From: Bispira polyomma
Lineage: Eukaryota
Assembly (NCBI GenBank): GCA_965649765.1
Contig: OZ287756.1
Location: forward strand, 47,492,001-47,556,000
Length of the DNA: 64,000 nucleotides
Reading direction: 5' to 3'
A program made the translations under genes and the position numbers. This document shows, in pieces, positions 25,859 through 38,192 of this stretch (positions are counted from its first letter, which is position 1; every line of letters begins with the position of its first letter). The notes under the pieces are model-generated. The model did not search any database, was not told where the DNA came from, and saw nothing but the letters and a program-made list of their open reading frames with translations.

Positions 25859-26150
25859 AAATATGACACAAGGCACATTGAAAATGGCACATTAAACCCA
25901 AACAAATTCTATCTTCATTAAAAACTTTCAGCAAATCAAACAGGTTCAGACATAAAAATTATACATAACAATCTTTGTAAATACCAGTCCTGGACCCATG
26001 TGTTCCAAAAGAGACTCATCCTCATTCAAACTCATGGCTATGCTGTGTATGTGGGGAAGTTAGTAGCAGTGTATTTGCTGAAGGCCTGTAGTCATGCATT
26101 ATGTTTTTCATGTTATGTTTCTGTATCTGCTATTCTCTCTCTTGGGAAGG

Positions 26151-26401
26151 TTTTTGAATTTGAATATTTGACGTCCACTCTAGTACCTTTTTAGGTTATA
26201 TTGGGACAGGTAGTTGGAAACGCTGGAGGAAACACTGCATACAGTTGATCAAGGTTCTGCACTGAAACTAGCAGCCCACAGTAAAGAACTACCACCTTTC
26301 CCACATAGGCATCGATGGGATTCGAACTCACGCCGCTCAGAGGTGAGAGACCAGTGATTGTGAAGTGCAATGCTTGCTAACCACTAGGTCGCCGAGGCCC
26401 C
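26151..26401 (-). mobile_element. tRNA-derived SINE family S1, full length
   Basis: Same body as the other S1 copies. TSD CTCTCT(T/A)GGGAAGGT on both sides. Confidence 0.9.
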
Positions 26402-29365
26402 CTCTCTAGGGAAGGTATTCTCCACAATACTTTTAATCTAAACTCAGATTAAAGGTAACATTTATGGTCTCCCTATCTTCAGCTAGAGTGAAGTTAAGTA
26501 AAATCGAAACATCCATGATCAACTACCCTATATTGTACTTTTCTCTATTAATGAACTCTGTCGCGATAAAATATTTAGTTGTTGAAAGCAAAATAAATTT
26601 AAACGCCATAGGAACTCAAATACTGACTATTTGTAAGTCACTTTCTATGGCTATACAACTATTTTTAAAAAGAAACTGAAGTAGATTGTTTAGCTAAACT
26701 GATTTGAAATATGCTGTCAGATTTGACTTAACTTTACTCTAGCCAAAGATAGTAAGGCCGTAAATTTTAACTTCAATCGGAGTTGAGCTTGAAATTATTT
26801 TGGAGAAAACCTTCCCTAGAGAGAGGCTGTATTTTGAATTACAGATACAGTAACATAATTTGAAAAAAGTACAGCATTCAAGTAACAGATTTAAATGATG
26901 GCTACTATTTTCACTGCAAAAGTAATCTCTCAAATTACAAGCCAAAAACAGGTTACATCTGTGACAAATACCAAAACATGTCATGTCATAGTGGGATGAG
27001 GCTTTTAAATTAAAATTCGAAAAAAATTAAATCTCAACCTAAAAAAATATTTAGGTTAAATCTGTTTTTGTTTTTTTTTTAAACCTCAAATATTTTGCTA
27101 AAATAAGGCTTTAAAAAAATTGAAATGGTAAATAGTAGTACATCAAAGCCAACAGATAAGTTACAATATTTCATTTCGTCCGATCGTAAATAATTTATGT
27201 AAAATGGATCATTAATGGAAGAAAAACCCAAATGTAATTTAGTGCAAATTCCCCTGGGTGACAAGTTAATACCCGAGGTATGGTGTGTGATGAAGGGTGG
27301 TTGATCTAAAGGGCTGAGCTTGAACACAGCCAGTCAATTTTTTTTAATCAGCTAGCAGGGTGTAACAAATTGCAATAGACAGCAGCTATGTTCTTATTTG
27401 AGTGACATGTTTTTGCCTTTAGATCCTGAAAGATGTTTAATTCATATGAAATTAAATATCCATCCAGAAATGTTTACTGTCGCCAAGAACGTATTATATT
27501 GTATTAACCTTTTTCCTGACTGTAGTATACTGTGTAATTACTGTCATTTCCTTAGCTGAAAAGAGAGACTCAGGGATTACCATTTATCAACATTCCCAGA
27601 TATTTATCCCGTCACTGGGGATAGGACCCAGTGATAGAGGACCACCATTTTAAGTGGTCATCCGAATCACTTGGTTGATATGTGTACACATCTTGACATC
27701 CTGTGTACACATCTGAGACGTTATGTTTTGGCCTGTGTCTGTTGGTTTGTTTTGTTTTGCTTGTCACCAGTTGGGCTCATATTCTCAAAAGAAACTCAAA
27801 CTTAAATTTAGACTTAACTCAAGTGAAGGCTAATATATGTAACTCCTGAAAAATGTAACTCCATGGAAAAAATCTGCACTTGTGACCATTCATTTTAATA
27901 CAGCTTTCAGTGCTGAATTTAAATATGCAGTTAGATTTTAGTTAACTTTACTTTTAGTAGCTAAAATTAAACCTATACTTGTGACCATTCATTTTAATAG
28001 AGATTTAAGTGCTGAATTCAAATATGAAGTCAGATTTTAGTTAATTTCACTTTTATTTCTTGTATTTTCCCTCTGGCCAGAGCCATATGGAGACCTTAGA
28101 GTCGAGGTTGAGTCCGAATTAAGCTAATTTACATTGCATTTTGGTGAAAAGACGGGTACCACTCACTATATTAAACGTACTTTCAAACAATGTTTAAATT
28201 TTATTCAATGTGTTGACAATATCTAAGGGAATAGGAAGAAATCATTAAATAATTGAGCAGATTCAGGTTTAAGACAGTAGGATTGGTTTTTAAAAACTCT
28301 TTGGCACTGTGGGTCTTTTGGCAGAGGTATGTGCTCTTCTGGTAGCTTTTTAAAGTTTTGACGGCGACAAACCAGCATAAGTACCAGTACTTTTCCTAAA
28401 TCAAATTTAGGGTCCAAGCATGATGCTGCAGGACAATGTAATTGGCCTTAGAGAAATTACTAAAAAAAACATTGTGCCATGAATGGTCTGTAAAGCCCTT
28501 CAGTATGATCATTCCATCAACATAACAAATTTGTACGGCGTATCTTTAAAAGCATTTGCCAGTGCCAGAATGTGAGTGATATCATAGCGACAACTGAGAG
28601 GGAAACAAAAATTATGGGGCGAAAGCAACATTAAAAAGATAAGTCTTTAGCTTAGTTCCTAAAGGACAGCAATGTGCAGGTAGTTCTAATGTGATATGGT
28701 AGGCTATTCCACAAACTAGTCCATTGTGGAAAAAAACAAACAATTTTTGTATTTGGGGGTTTATACATAAGGAGCTGCCGATATTTAGTATTGAGATCTC
28801 CACGACCGTTTTAGTTGGTATTCAACCCAGTGTGTGTTTTTGTGTCTTCCTTTTTATGCAATACAAGTTATAGGTACTGTAACATAGAAGTACATAAAAG
28901 AAGACATAACTTTATAAAACTATACAAAAATTTATGAAATATTTATTTGTAATAATATTTACAGTTTACTTTAAATGCAATGTTTATCACATTCAATATA
29001 GATTTAAGAATAAATCTTAGAATAACAAGTACAGCCTTTTTCAGACTAATTTTTAATAAATATTTTTAAAATTATTGTAAGATAATTATCAATAAAACAG
29101 AGAATTAAGACCCATTTAGAAAGTCTAAAAATGAGATTATAAGTCCAAATAGTAATTTTAAGCTATTCATTATTTTTATCTTACTATGTATATATTTCTA
29201 TTTAAATAATATAAAGATATATATTTACAAATTAGATTTAACAAAATAATATACAAATATGAAACATCTGGGATTACATTCCCATTAACATCTGTCAGAT
29301 TGTAACACAAAAATGCTACCATGTTTAGGATTTTTTATAAATTGCAAAAAAGGGTCAAGAGGGTC

Positions 29366-29645
29366 AGATCTTGAGCTTTCTTGGTCGCCTCTCCTATAGA
29401 ACCGCCTATCAGTTAAACTTAGAATGCTTGAAACACTGTCTAGATTTCCGAAAAAGCTCAAAACCTATCTCTTCAGGCTTGCCTATCTTCCGTAGTCCTC
29501 TCCCTAGGCACTGACACATCCATCCTTACGACCTGGCTATTGTCTATGTATTTTTTTATTGGCTGATTGGATTTTGATGTTGCACCTTAGGAGATGCCTA
29601 GCATCAATAAGGCGCGTTATGAATGTACAATACAATACAATACAA
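29366..29645 (+). mobile_element. L2 LINE 3' fragment
   Basis: RAFLVASP...FRKKLKTYLFRLAYLP* followed by GATGCCTAGCATCAATAA and (TACAA)n. Confidence 0.82.
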
Positions 29646-29989
29646 AAACATCACTAATGTTACTTTGATGCAGCATGCATTTTTATATATATATATATAT
29701 ATCACATTGCAGCACACTTTTATAATCTGAACTTAATATCTGTCATAATAATAATGTATAATTAGAAGCTTTCACAAGGAATGAGACCTAGATATTTTAC
29801 CTTGGATACTGAAAGAAATGACAAAAGCTGACTCAAAAAAAATCCTGTAAATAAAAGTTAATTCCAAGTAATTTTTTTTACTGTTATATATCTGTGCTAT
29901 GTTTTATATCTATTTTGTACATTTTTGACACTGTCCTAGATTTGATTAGATTCTGTATGGCTCTCAAAACCCCAAAAATAAAACTAGAG

Positions 29990-30425
29990 AGTCACATATC
30001 CTCCTCATTCGACCTACCTTTTGGAGTACCCTAGAGGTCCGTCTTTGGTCCTTGTTATCTAATTAATGATGCTCATGAATGGACTAACGAGATTCCCACT
30101 GTCCCTATCTACTATCTAGCTAAACCAGCGCCAACAGGCTTCGGAGAATTTGTGGGGAAAGAAGACTCTGTTGAGCTTGACTCTAGTCTGTCTGTGAAGA
30201 GACATGAGAGGTGTAGCGTAAATGGCAGTCATTATTAATCATACTGCATGTAAATACCACATGTATGCTGATGACACTCAAATCGAATTTTATCTTAACC
30301 CTGACAATGCTAACAAAAATATAGGTGACTATCTCTACTCAGTCTAGGCTTGGATGAATTACTCCAAGTTGAAATTAAATCCATCAATAAGGCGTGATAA
30401 AAATGAAAAATATAATGCATTACAC
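29990..30425 (+). mobile_element. Chimeric L2 retrocopy: RT fragment - 28S rRNA fragment - RT fragment - L2 3' tail
   Basis: FGVP*RSVFGP (30020-30052) lies before the rRNA piece and KYHMYADDTQ...WMNYSKLKLNPS after it, followed by the CATCAATAAGGCG tail. Confidence 0.8.
30050..30225 (+). pseudogene. 28S rRNA-derived fragment (~175 bp, decayed)
   Basis: CATGAATGGA.TAACGAGATTCCCACTGTCCCTATCTACTATCTAGC..AAAC...GGGGAAAGAAGAC.CTGTTGAGCTTGACTCTAGT...GTGAAGAGACATGAGAGGTGTAG matches the conserved eukaryotic LSU core just 3' of the R2 site. Several CpGs are mutated. Confidence 0.93.
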
Positions 30426-30601
30426 TTTCTGTGTAAAATGTTTATCTCTTGTTATTTTATATTTATACATTATAATCTATGGCCCTGGAGCCTGAAATAA
30501 AATCTATGTATCAATCGTATATACAGTAACAACACATTTCAGGGAATTAGAACTTTAGAGTTGAACTTTTCGAAACAAAACTAGATTTTTTGTTGTTAAG
30601 T

Positions 30602-30892
30602 TCATAGGCGTAAAGTCCTTGCACACCAGTTGTCCGTGCATTCCTCATACTGTAAATAGAGACAGCTAAAGAACAGCCCCACAAATCCCACCATGAAGAA
30701 GAGTGTCGGCCAAAACATGAGGTTTAGTACCACCAAGGTAGACATCTTGTAGAGCAGGACTTCTGGTTCCGGTCCAAAGGTGTTGACATAACAAGGGAAT
30801 GTGTCCTCCTGTTCAGTGTAAGTGCTGCCCCCTATGTCTATAGTGTAGATAGTGTGATGATGGACGGATACACGGCAACTAGGGCAGGTACA
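30602..30892 (-). CDS. Last coding exon of BK-beta (KCNMB)/TipE-like two-TM channel auxiliary subunit
   Basis: Acceptor TTTTGTTTTCAG at 30893, phase 0. Encodes CTCPSC...TFPCYVN...MFWPTLFFMVGFVGLFF (TM2). FPCY and FWP are typical of this family. TGA at 30604-30602. Confidence 0.8.
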   Translation of the reverse strand, partial: CTCPSCRVSVHHHTIYTIDIGGSTYTEQEDTFPCYVNTFGPEPEVLLYKMSTLVVLNLMFWPTLFFMVGFVGLFFSCLYLQYEECTDNWCARTLRL

Positions 30893-30942
30893 CTGAAAAC
30901 AAAAGTGTAAATACACTGAGAACACAAGTTTTTGTTGCTTTT

Positions 30943-31134
30943 AAATTAGGATATTTCACGTCTACTCTAGTACCTGTTTAAGTTATATTGGGACGGGCAG
31001 TTGAAATCCCTGGAGGAAACACTGCATACAGTTGATCAAGGTTTTGCACTGAAACCAGCGGCTCACACTAAGGAACTACCAACTTTCCTACATAGGCATC
31101 GATGGGAATCGAACTCACGCCGCCCAGAGGTGAG
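30943..31134 (-). mobile_element. SINE family S1, 5'-truncated
   Basis: Matches the S1 body up to GCCCAGAGGTGAG. The A-box part is missing. Confidence 0.85.
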
Positions 31135-31739
31135 GAGAAAACAAGTAAAAAATTTTGACATGCTTAACAGATTCCCCCACAATGATTTTATACAAGTTGT
31201 TTTCACATTCCCAAGGTCTAGAGGAAGCCTGCAAACTATCTGATTTCATGTCAAATTTCCTTTAACCTTCCTGCCAAATTAACACAAAAATTTAAAATTA
31301 ACTGTCTATGTATTACATCAAAGATATGGTGGCTACAGTATGAATAAGTTACTTGTCATGTAATTTTAGACTGAGACAACCTAATACAAGTATTTTAATG
31401 GGAGTTAGGGTTGTCATTTTGACATGGACGTACATCACAATGAATCCGATTGAAAGTTCATATTGTGTTCCTACTATATTCCTTTGATGCTTCAGACTTT
31501 ACTGTACCTTTTAATTTGGTTACTTGAATTGTTTTTCAGTAGATAAAACAGGAGAAAATGAAGGAATGCATGAATTAAAAAATATATCTAACGTACTAAA
31601 CAACTAAATTATTCAGACATTAACAACCATAAGGTAACTAATGTGGCATAGTATTTAAACAGTTCCTCAAGTTTAAATTTATGCTCTCCTTTGGAAACGA
31701 AGCGTAAATGTGGAAAGGTAAACGTAGTTGCTAAAATTT

Positions 31740-34138
31740 GAAAGTTAATGATTGTAGTTTTGGATCATCTTTCAGTTTTAAAAATTTCACAACTTTATGG
31801 TTTGGCTTCTGGGGTCAAATCAAATAAAGAAAAGTCATGGGTCTTTGGATTGGTGATTGGAGGATATGGATAAAAGATTATATGGATTACTGTGGACCAG
31901 GGTTTCTTTAAAAATTTGTGGGGTTAAACTTGGAAATAATAAATTTATAATGAAAACTTGGGATTCAATCTTGGATAAATTTCAAAGAGTGATTAACATA
32001 AATAAAAATAGGAATTAAAGATAAAAGGGAAATGTGTACTTATAAACTCTTTGCATAAGTTATGGTATTGTGGTTCAGTTCTTAATTTATGTTCTGTTTA
32101 TTTTAAAAAGTTTACTACTGTTATGTGTCATTCATAATGAAATAAAATTAAAAGCTTTTTCAATAGTTCATTTGGCTTCATTTTCTTCATTCATATTGAA
32201 ATAAAATTAAAAGCTTTTTCAATAGTTGGCTTCATTTTCTTCATGGTCATTATAAAAAAATGGAATGATTTTACCTTATATTGGTTAAAACTTGATTTAC
32301 ATGGATATATGTCGGATGTTTAAAATCAGTCTAGGAGTGGATGGATTGTGCAAAGTTAAAACTCAACCCAGATAAAACAGTTCATTATTATAGGTAACAA
32401 ACCCACCACAGAGTCACTTACACCAAAATTTCCTATTTCATTTCTCCAAAACAATATCACTCTGTCAGCATTGTAAAAAACCTCAGTGTCATCTTTGACT
32501 CGGACAACTCCTTTAATAACCATATTGTCAAGGTTTGTCGTGCCTGTTACTATCATCTACGTGACCTGCTACAAATTCAGAGATTTCTTAGCGCTGATAC
32601 TGCGGTTCTGGTGGCAAATGCAATGGTTAGTAGTCGCTTGGACTACTGCAACTCTTTACTATATGGGGTCAGTAAGGCTAATATTGCCGAACTCCAGAGA
32701 GTCCAAAATGCTCTCTGTCACATTGTTTACAGGCTTGACAGATTCAGCCATGTCACCCTTTTCCTTAAAAAACTCCACTGGCTTCCCATTGAACATCGCA
32801 TCTTTTTCAAGTACAATCTGCTAGTTTCCAAGGCTATTAACTATTGCCAATCTCCCTACCTATCTTCCTTAATCAAGTCCAGGAGCCTCACACGTGGAAA
32901 TAGACTATCTGTTTCACTTCACCCTAAACGAAAAATTGCAAGGCGCAGCTTTGCTGTAGCTGCACCGGCAGAATGCAACAGGTTGCCACAAAATGTCAGA
33001 TCCAGCAGACAATATCAGGTATTCGTAGCCAGCTCAAGACTCACTTGTTTAGACTGGCATATCCCCCACCTTAGTTACTTCCCAGTTTGCGCTCAATTGG
33101 TAACGACCATCGCTTGATAAAGGACAATCCCTTTTAGCAATTTAGCGCATTAGAGGATTTTTTATCAATTTTGCTCTTTATAAATGCTTCTTTTATTATT
33201 ATTTCATTTTAAAATTTTAGTTTTGAAAAGCCTGATATTTATAAGTTTGCTTTGGAGAATTTTAAAGTATTGTTAAATATACAGCCAACCTTTGATTTAA
33301 AGAATGTTACTGTTAAAAGTGTTTATCCGATGTTATTACCGAAATTTGTCAGTATTCCTAGAATTTGTAAATGTCATGTTCATGTTAATTAAAAAGAAGC
33401 TTTTAGTAATTTAAGTTTAGCTAGCATTTTTACCTGAGTTTTGCCAGTTGATAATTAATCATATAAATTTAATATTGTTAAAAATCCATATTGCTATTTT
33501 TGTAATATTCATATGGAAACTTTAAAAACTTATTTTTTGACTGTGGTTTGGTCAATCTTTTATGGAATTTTATTGAGGACCTTTTGTCAAAGATCTCATC
33601 TTCAAGTGTATGTATCAGTTCTCAAAATGTAGTTTTTAATACTTTTAAAAAATCAAAATTTAAAAATCATTTGTATATTATATTATAAGCAGAAGCACAT
33701 TGGGCCATTTGGGTTTGTAGAAATAAACAAAAATTTGATGACAATACTTTACAAAATCTATTTTTATTAGTAATTTAAAACTTAGAATTACAGCAGATTA
33801 TATACCTTTAGAAAAATCAAAATTTCTTAATTTATGGGCTATAATACAATTATATGTAAAATTAAAAACGGGTATTTGGAATTTTTATTTTTATTTAATA
33901 TTCATCTTTCAACAACCAGTGTGTGGAGTAGTTTATTGTATGGTTTATGTTTATATGTATTTGTGACTTTTTGTTGTTGTTTTTTTTTTTTGTTTTCTTT
34001 GGGGCTTGATTTGTTTGATGTATATTTAGAAGTACATGACATATCTTTTTGTATACTATGTCTGTATTTTTTGTTAAGATTTTGTACTTGTTCTTAACAT
34101 GTATTTTTGAATATATTTTATGAAAATGAAAAAAAAAG
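31740..34138 (+). mobile_element. Degraded Tx1-like LINE 3' part, interrupted by an L2 fragment
   Basis: 31790-32310 parallels 35915-36455 (YGLASG.K.NKEKS, LWY.G, HW.K.DL). PYCYFC..HMET Zn-finger remnant, T-rich 3' UTR and poly(A) at 34130-34138. The 5' boundary is approximate. Confidence 0.7.
32330..33202 (+). mobile_element. L2 LINE 3' fragment nested in Tx1
   Basis: KLKLNPDKT, ANAMVSSRLDYCNSLLYG, LKKLHWLPIEHRI, RRSFAVAAP and (TTA)n tail. Confidence 0.9.
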
Positions 34139-36680
34139 GTGGTTGCTGAAATATAGTAGTTTGTGATTCAGTGATAGTATAGTGATTCAGTGAGGATGGC
34201 GAAGGAAAGGAAAGGGGAGGAGAGGGATTCGTTGTCAAAATTATTGCATGACTCATTTGGAGACTTCAAAACTTTGCATTCAACTAATGAGAGTGCTTTA
34301 GTGAAAAAGGCTGTTTCAAATGCGAAAAGGCTTTAAAAAGTGTATCTTTGTGTCAGTCGATTTTAGAAATGGATTTTCATAGGCCACAGAAGCAGTATAC
34401 GACAAGGTTATTTTCCCTAGAGAAGGTAAACCGTTTTTAGGGATGAAGTGATAAGTTGTCTTTAGGATTCCATGGATTAAAAGAACTTGCTGGCATTAGG
34501 GGCCTTAAAATCAGAACAATAAATATGGTTGCCAATTGCCACAGTATTGGCATGTTCGAACATCCGTAAGAACAGTAGTATTAGAAGTAGATGAGGATGT
34601 AGAGGTCCCTAGTTTAGATTTAATCCATTTCAAAAATGTGACAATGCCGATTATATTTATTATTCTAGGGATGGGGCCGGTGTGCTTTAAATGTAAGAAG
34701 ATTGGACATGTCAGAGCACAATGCACTACTAATTTCTTCAGACATTGCAAGCTAGAAGGTCAAGTAAAAGTTGTTCATTCCGTAATTCATATCCCAAAAA
34801 AATCCAGAGACAATTCTCAAGGGCAGGAGCAGGAACAGGCAGTGGACATGGATGAGCTGGCGGAGTAAAAGAAGGGTGATACAGCATCACAGAGTATAGA
34901 AAGTGCTTCAGGGGCAGAAGAGTCAGCAGTCAGGTTCTATATCAGACAATGAATCAAAGCATGCTAAAACTAGTAAGAAGACAGTGGTGGATAATGAGAA
35001 GGATGCTGATGTTGAGAATAATTAAAGATGTTAGAAAGTTTTGTAAGGATCTTTTCACGAAAAAGAAAGTGGATCAGAATTTGGTTAATTAGTTTCTTAA
35101 AGATTCATCCATTTTAAGTATATATCAGCAGCACAAGTGTGAGAGGATTTTAACAAAGGGGGAATGGTTGAAAGCTTTAAAGGGTATGAAAAATAGGAAA
35201 ACACCAGGGATTGATGGGTTGCCCAAGGAATTTTAAAATGTTTTTTGGGATGTTGTGGGGGATTATTTTGTTGATATGGATTATACTTGTTATCGGGGAG
35301 ATCTTTGTTGGAAAGTCAAAAGTTAGGGGTAATTACTTCAATTTTGTGAGAATCCTGAGAAATCTCATTTGTTAAATTATTGGAGACTAATTATTGGAGA
35401 CTACTTTGATGTTGTGATTTTAAATTTATAAGTGTTTAACTAAAGGGGGTTATGGGTAACAATGTAAATTTAGATCAAACAGCAGCTGTATTGAGAAGAT
35501 CTATTCAGGAAAATGTTCATTTGTTGAAAAATGTTTTTGATTATTCAAAGTTAATAATAGTGAATGTATTGTTGTATTGTAGGGTGAGTCATGATTTTAT
35601 GCTTCAAGTTTTGCAGAAGTTTGGGTTTGGGCCGGATATATTGAGGTGGGTAAATTTGATTCATTATGATATTAGGAGTAAAGTGTTAGTTAACAGTTTT
35701 TTTACAGATGTTTTTAATGTTTCTTGAAGTGCAAGGCAGGGATGTAGTTTATCTTCACTTTTGTTTGTGTTATGTTTTGAGCCTTTTTCTGAAGTTGTTA
35801 GGAAAGATGTTCATATAAAAGGGTTTAAAATTCCAGGTTCAGATGTTGAGTGTAAGAAAAGTCAGTACACAGATGATTGTACATTTAAAAAGTTTTAAAT
35901 ATTTGTTAAATTTATGGTTTAGCATCTGGGGCAAAATTAAATAAAGAAAAGTCATGGGGTTTATGGATTGGGGATTGGAGGAATAGGAATAGGGATCCTT
36001 ATGGTATATATTGGACAGATGATTCTTTAAAAATATGTGGAGTGAAGGTGGGGAATAATGATTATGTTAATGAAAGTTGGGATTTGGTGTGTGAAAAGTT
36101 TGAGAAAGCAGTGAGTTTTAGTAAAAATAAAAGTTTAAGGTTAAGAGGTAAATGTGTGTTATTCAATTGTCTTGTACTAAATACGTTATGGTACATAGGA
36201 TTTGTTTTTCCTATGAATAACATTTGTTTACAGGCATTTAATAAGAAGATGTTCGCTTTTATATGGTCTGATAAAGTGGAATGTTTGAAAAGAGAGGTAT
36301 TGTATAATAGTTGTGATGAGGGGGGTCTTGAGTTGTGTCATATTGAAACAAAAATTAAAGCTTTGTCTGTAATGCATTTGTGTGATTTTTTGGGGCGTTA
36401 TAAAAAGTCTAAGGATTTGGTTTTACATTGGTTGAAATTTGATTTGAGAGAATATTTACGTGCTTTTTTTACAATTTTAAAAGCTTTCTTTTAATAATAT
36501 TCCTTATAGTATGGTGAAACCTAAATATTATTTAAAAATATTAAAGAATTGATTTTTAAGAATCCCATTTTTTTCTGTACTTGTACAGAAAATTATTAAA
36601 TTTCCCAGAGTTGGTTTAAGGTTTTGTTCATATTGATTATACTGAAGCTTTTTAAAATACAAGTTCAAGTGTGTTATCTT
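34139..36680 (+). mobile_element. Degraded, internally deleted Tx1-like LINE with ORF1 and ORF2 remnants
   Basis: ORF1 Zn knuckle CFKCKKIGHVRAQC (~34680). KTPGIDGLPKEF, RQGCSLS.LLF, SQYTDDCTF, GGLEL. The 3' boundary is approximate. Confidence 0.82.
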
Positions 36681-36696
36681 CTGAAATTTTATTTTG

Positions 36697-37494
36697 CCTC
36701 CAACCTATAACTTAGACAAAATCGCCCTGGTGAAAATAAATTGTTTTTTGTCTCCAACCTACAACTTAGACAAAATCACCCTGGTCAAATTTGTTTTTTA
36801 TCTCAAACCTATAACTTGTGACAAAATCGCCATGGTCAATTTTTTCTTTTATATCTCCAACTTATAACTCGCCCTGGTCAAAATATTTTTTTTTGTCTCC
36901 AACCTATAACTTAGACAAAATCGACCTGGTCAAAATTTATTGTCATTTTTTGGTCTCCAACCTATAACTTGGACAAAATCGCCCTGGTCAAAATTAATTG
37001 TTTTTTGGTCTCCAACCTATAACTTGGACAAAATCGCCCTGGGGAAAATGTACTTTTAGGTTGACAAATAATTGTATTTTGTAATTTATAGATGCACTAG
37101 TCAACAGATAGACAATTTTTTTTTGCAGCTTATACGTTAAATGACAGGTCGACAGATCATATTTTCTTTATTTTACTTTTAGATCGACAGGTCGACAGAT
37201 ACTTTGTTTTGTAAGCTATAGGTAGACCCGTGGACCTGTCATTAAAATAAAACAAAAACTGATATATCTGTCGACCTGTATGTATGGGTAAAAAAAATTA
37301 AAATTAAGGTAAGCATCCTAACTTAATCTAGGGTATTACAATACTGGGTACTTGTATATTAGCTTGTTTTGTCTTCAACCTATAACTTGGACAAAATCGC
37401 CCTGGTCAAAATAATTTCCTTTTGCCTCCAACCTATAACTTAGACAAAATCGCCCTGGTGAAAATAAATTGTTCTTTATCTCCAAGCTATAACT
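36697..37494 (+). repeat. ~55-bp minisatellite (7 + 2.3 units) split by a GACAGGTCGACAGAT-rich segment
   Basis: Core CTCCAACCTATAACTT(A/G)GACAAAATCGCCCTGGTCAAA plus a T-rich linker. Units start near 36698, 36752, 36802, 36855, 36897, 36955, 37010, 37373, 37426, 37480. Confidence 0.92.
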
Positions 37495-38123
37495 ACATTT
37501 TATGAAACTTGAAAATAATTGAAAAATCGTTGAAAATTTATAACTTTAACCCTTTGACGGGACACGTACTCAGGTGCGTACGCCAACCCATGGAAATAAG
37601 TCAGTGACTTCATCAGCTGACATAATTACTCTTAGCGAACGAATACGTGACCAATTCATCGGTCACTGATTAATTGTTGTTTATATTGCCGTGAATTTTC
37701 AATATTTTAGACCTTTTTCGGACTGTTTGTGTTATATTGTGAACAATATAAAATAAATATAATAATATTTTATAAGTAGATAATAAATGTAAAACAACCC
37801 TTGTTGTGTATATTAAACAATTATATCACTAACGAAGATAACATGCATAATTCTCTCCCTGCCGGGCTTGTATTGTGTTGTTGATCTTTCATCATAAAAT
37901 TTTGTAATATACACTACTCGGGTAGTTTACTATTGTATCAAGTAAAATTTAGTCAGTGTATATACAGTTTAACTGATTATGAAACTAATAATTTAACCGA
38001 AATTTAGTTTCATTTTTAACCTTATTTTAACTAAAATATTAGTGCAAGTATAAAGTTTTACTATAAATTAAACTTATAAGATCCGTGTGTGTTTGTCTAC
38101 ATTCATAACTTGTGCTTCCAGGG

Positions 38124-38192
38124 TCTCACCTTTAGCTCAACGTTAAGCATTCGCCTTGTGAGTGGAAGAGCAAAAGATCGAATCCCAGCCAA
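38124..38192 (+). pseudogene. tRNA-like remnant (pseudo-tRNA or SINE head; possible TGT anticodon)
   Basis: TAGCTCAACG A-box-like, TTCGC-CTTGTGA-GTGGA anticodon arm, GATCGAATCCC B-box-like. No good acceptor stem. Confidence 0.45.

Noticed and set aside
30050-30225. Functional rRNA gene or R1/R2 insertion in rDNA
   Set aside because: Only ~175 bp, mutated at conserved positions, with no other rDNA nearby. The flanking RT motifs are L2-type and continue across the fragment.
36697-37494. CRISPR-like repeat-spacer array
   Set aside because: The linkers are short, T-rich and homologous to each other, the repeats are degenerate, there are no cas genes, and the context is eukaryotic. It is a minisatellite.
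37546-37620. piggyBac-like left terminus TTAA-CCCTTTGACGGG
   Set aside because: I found no matching right TIR or transposase, so it is not called as an element.
38124-38192. Functional tRNA-Thr(TGT)
   Set aside because: The acceptor and T stems do not pair properly. Kept only as a tRNA-like remnant.
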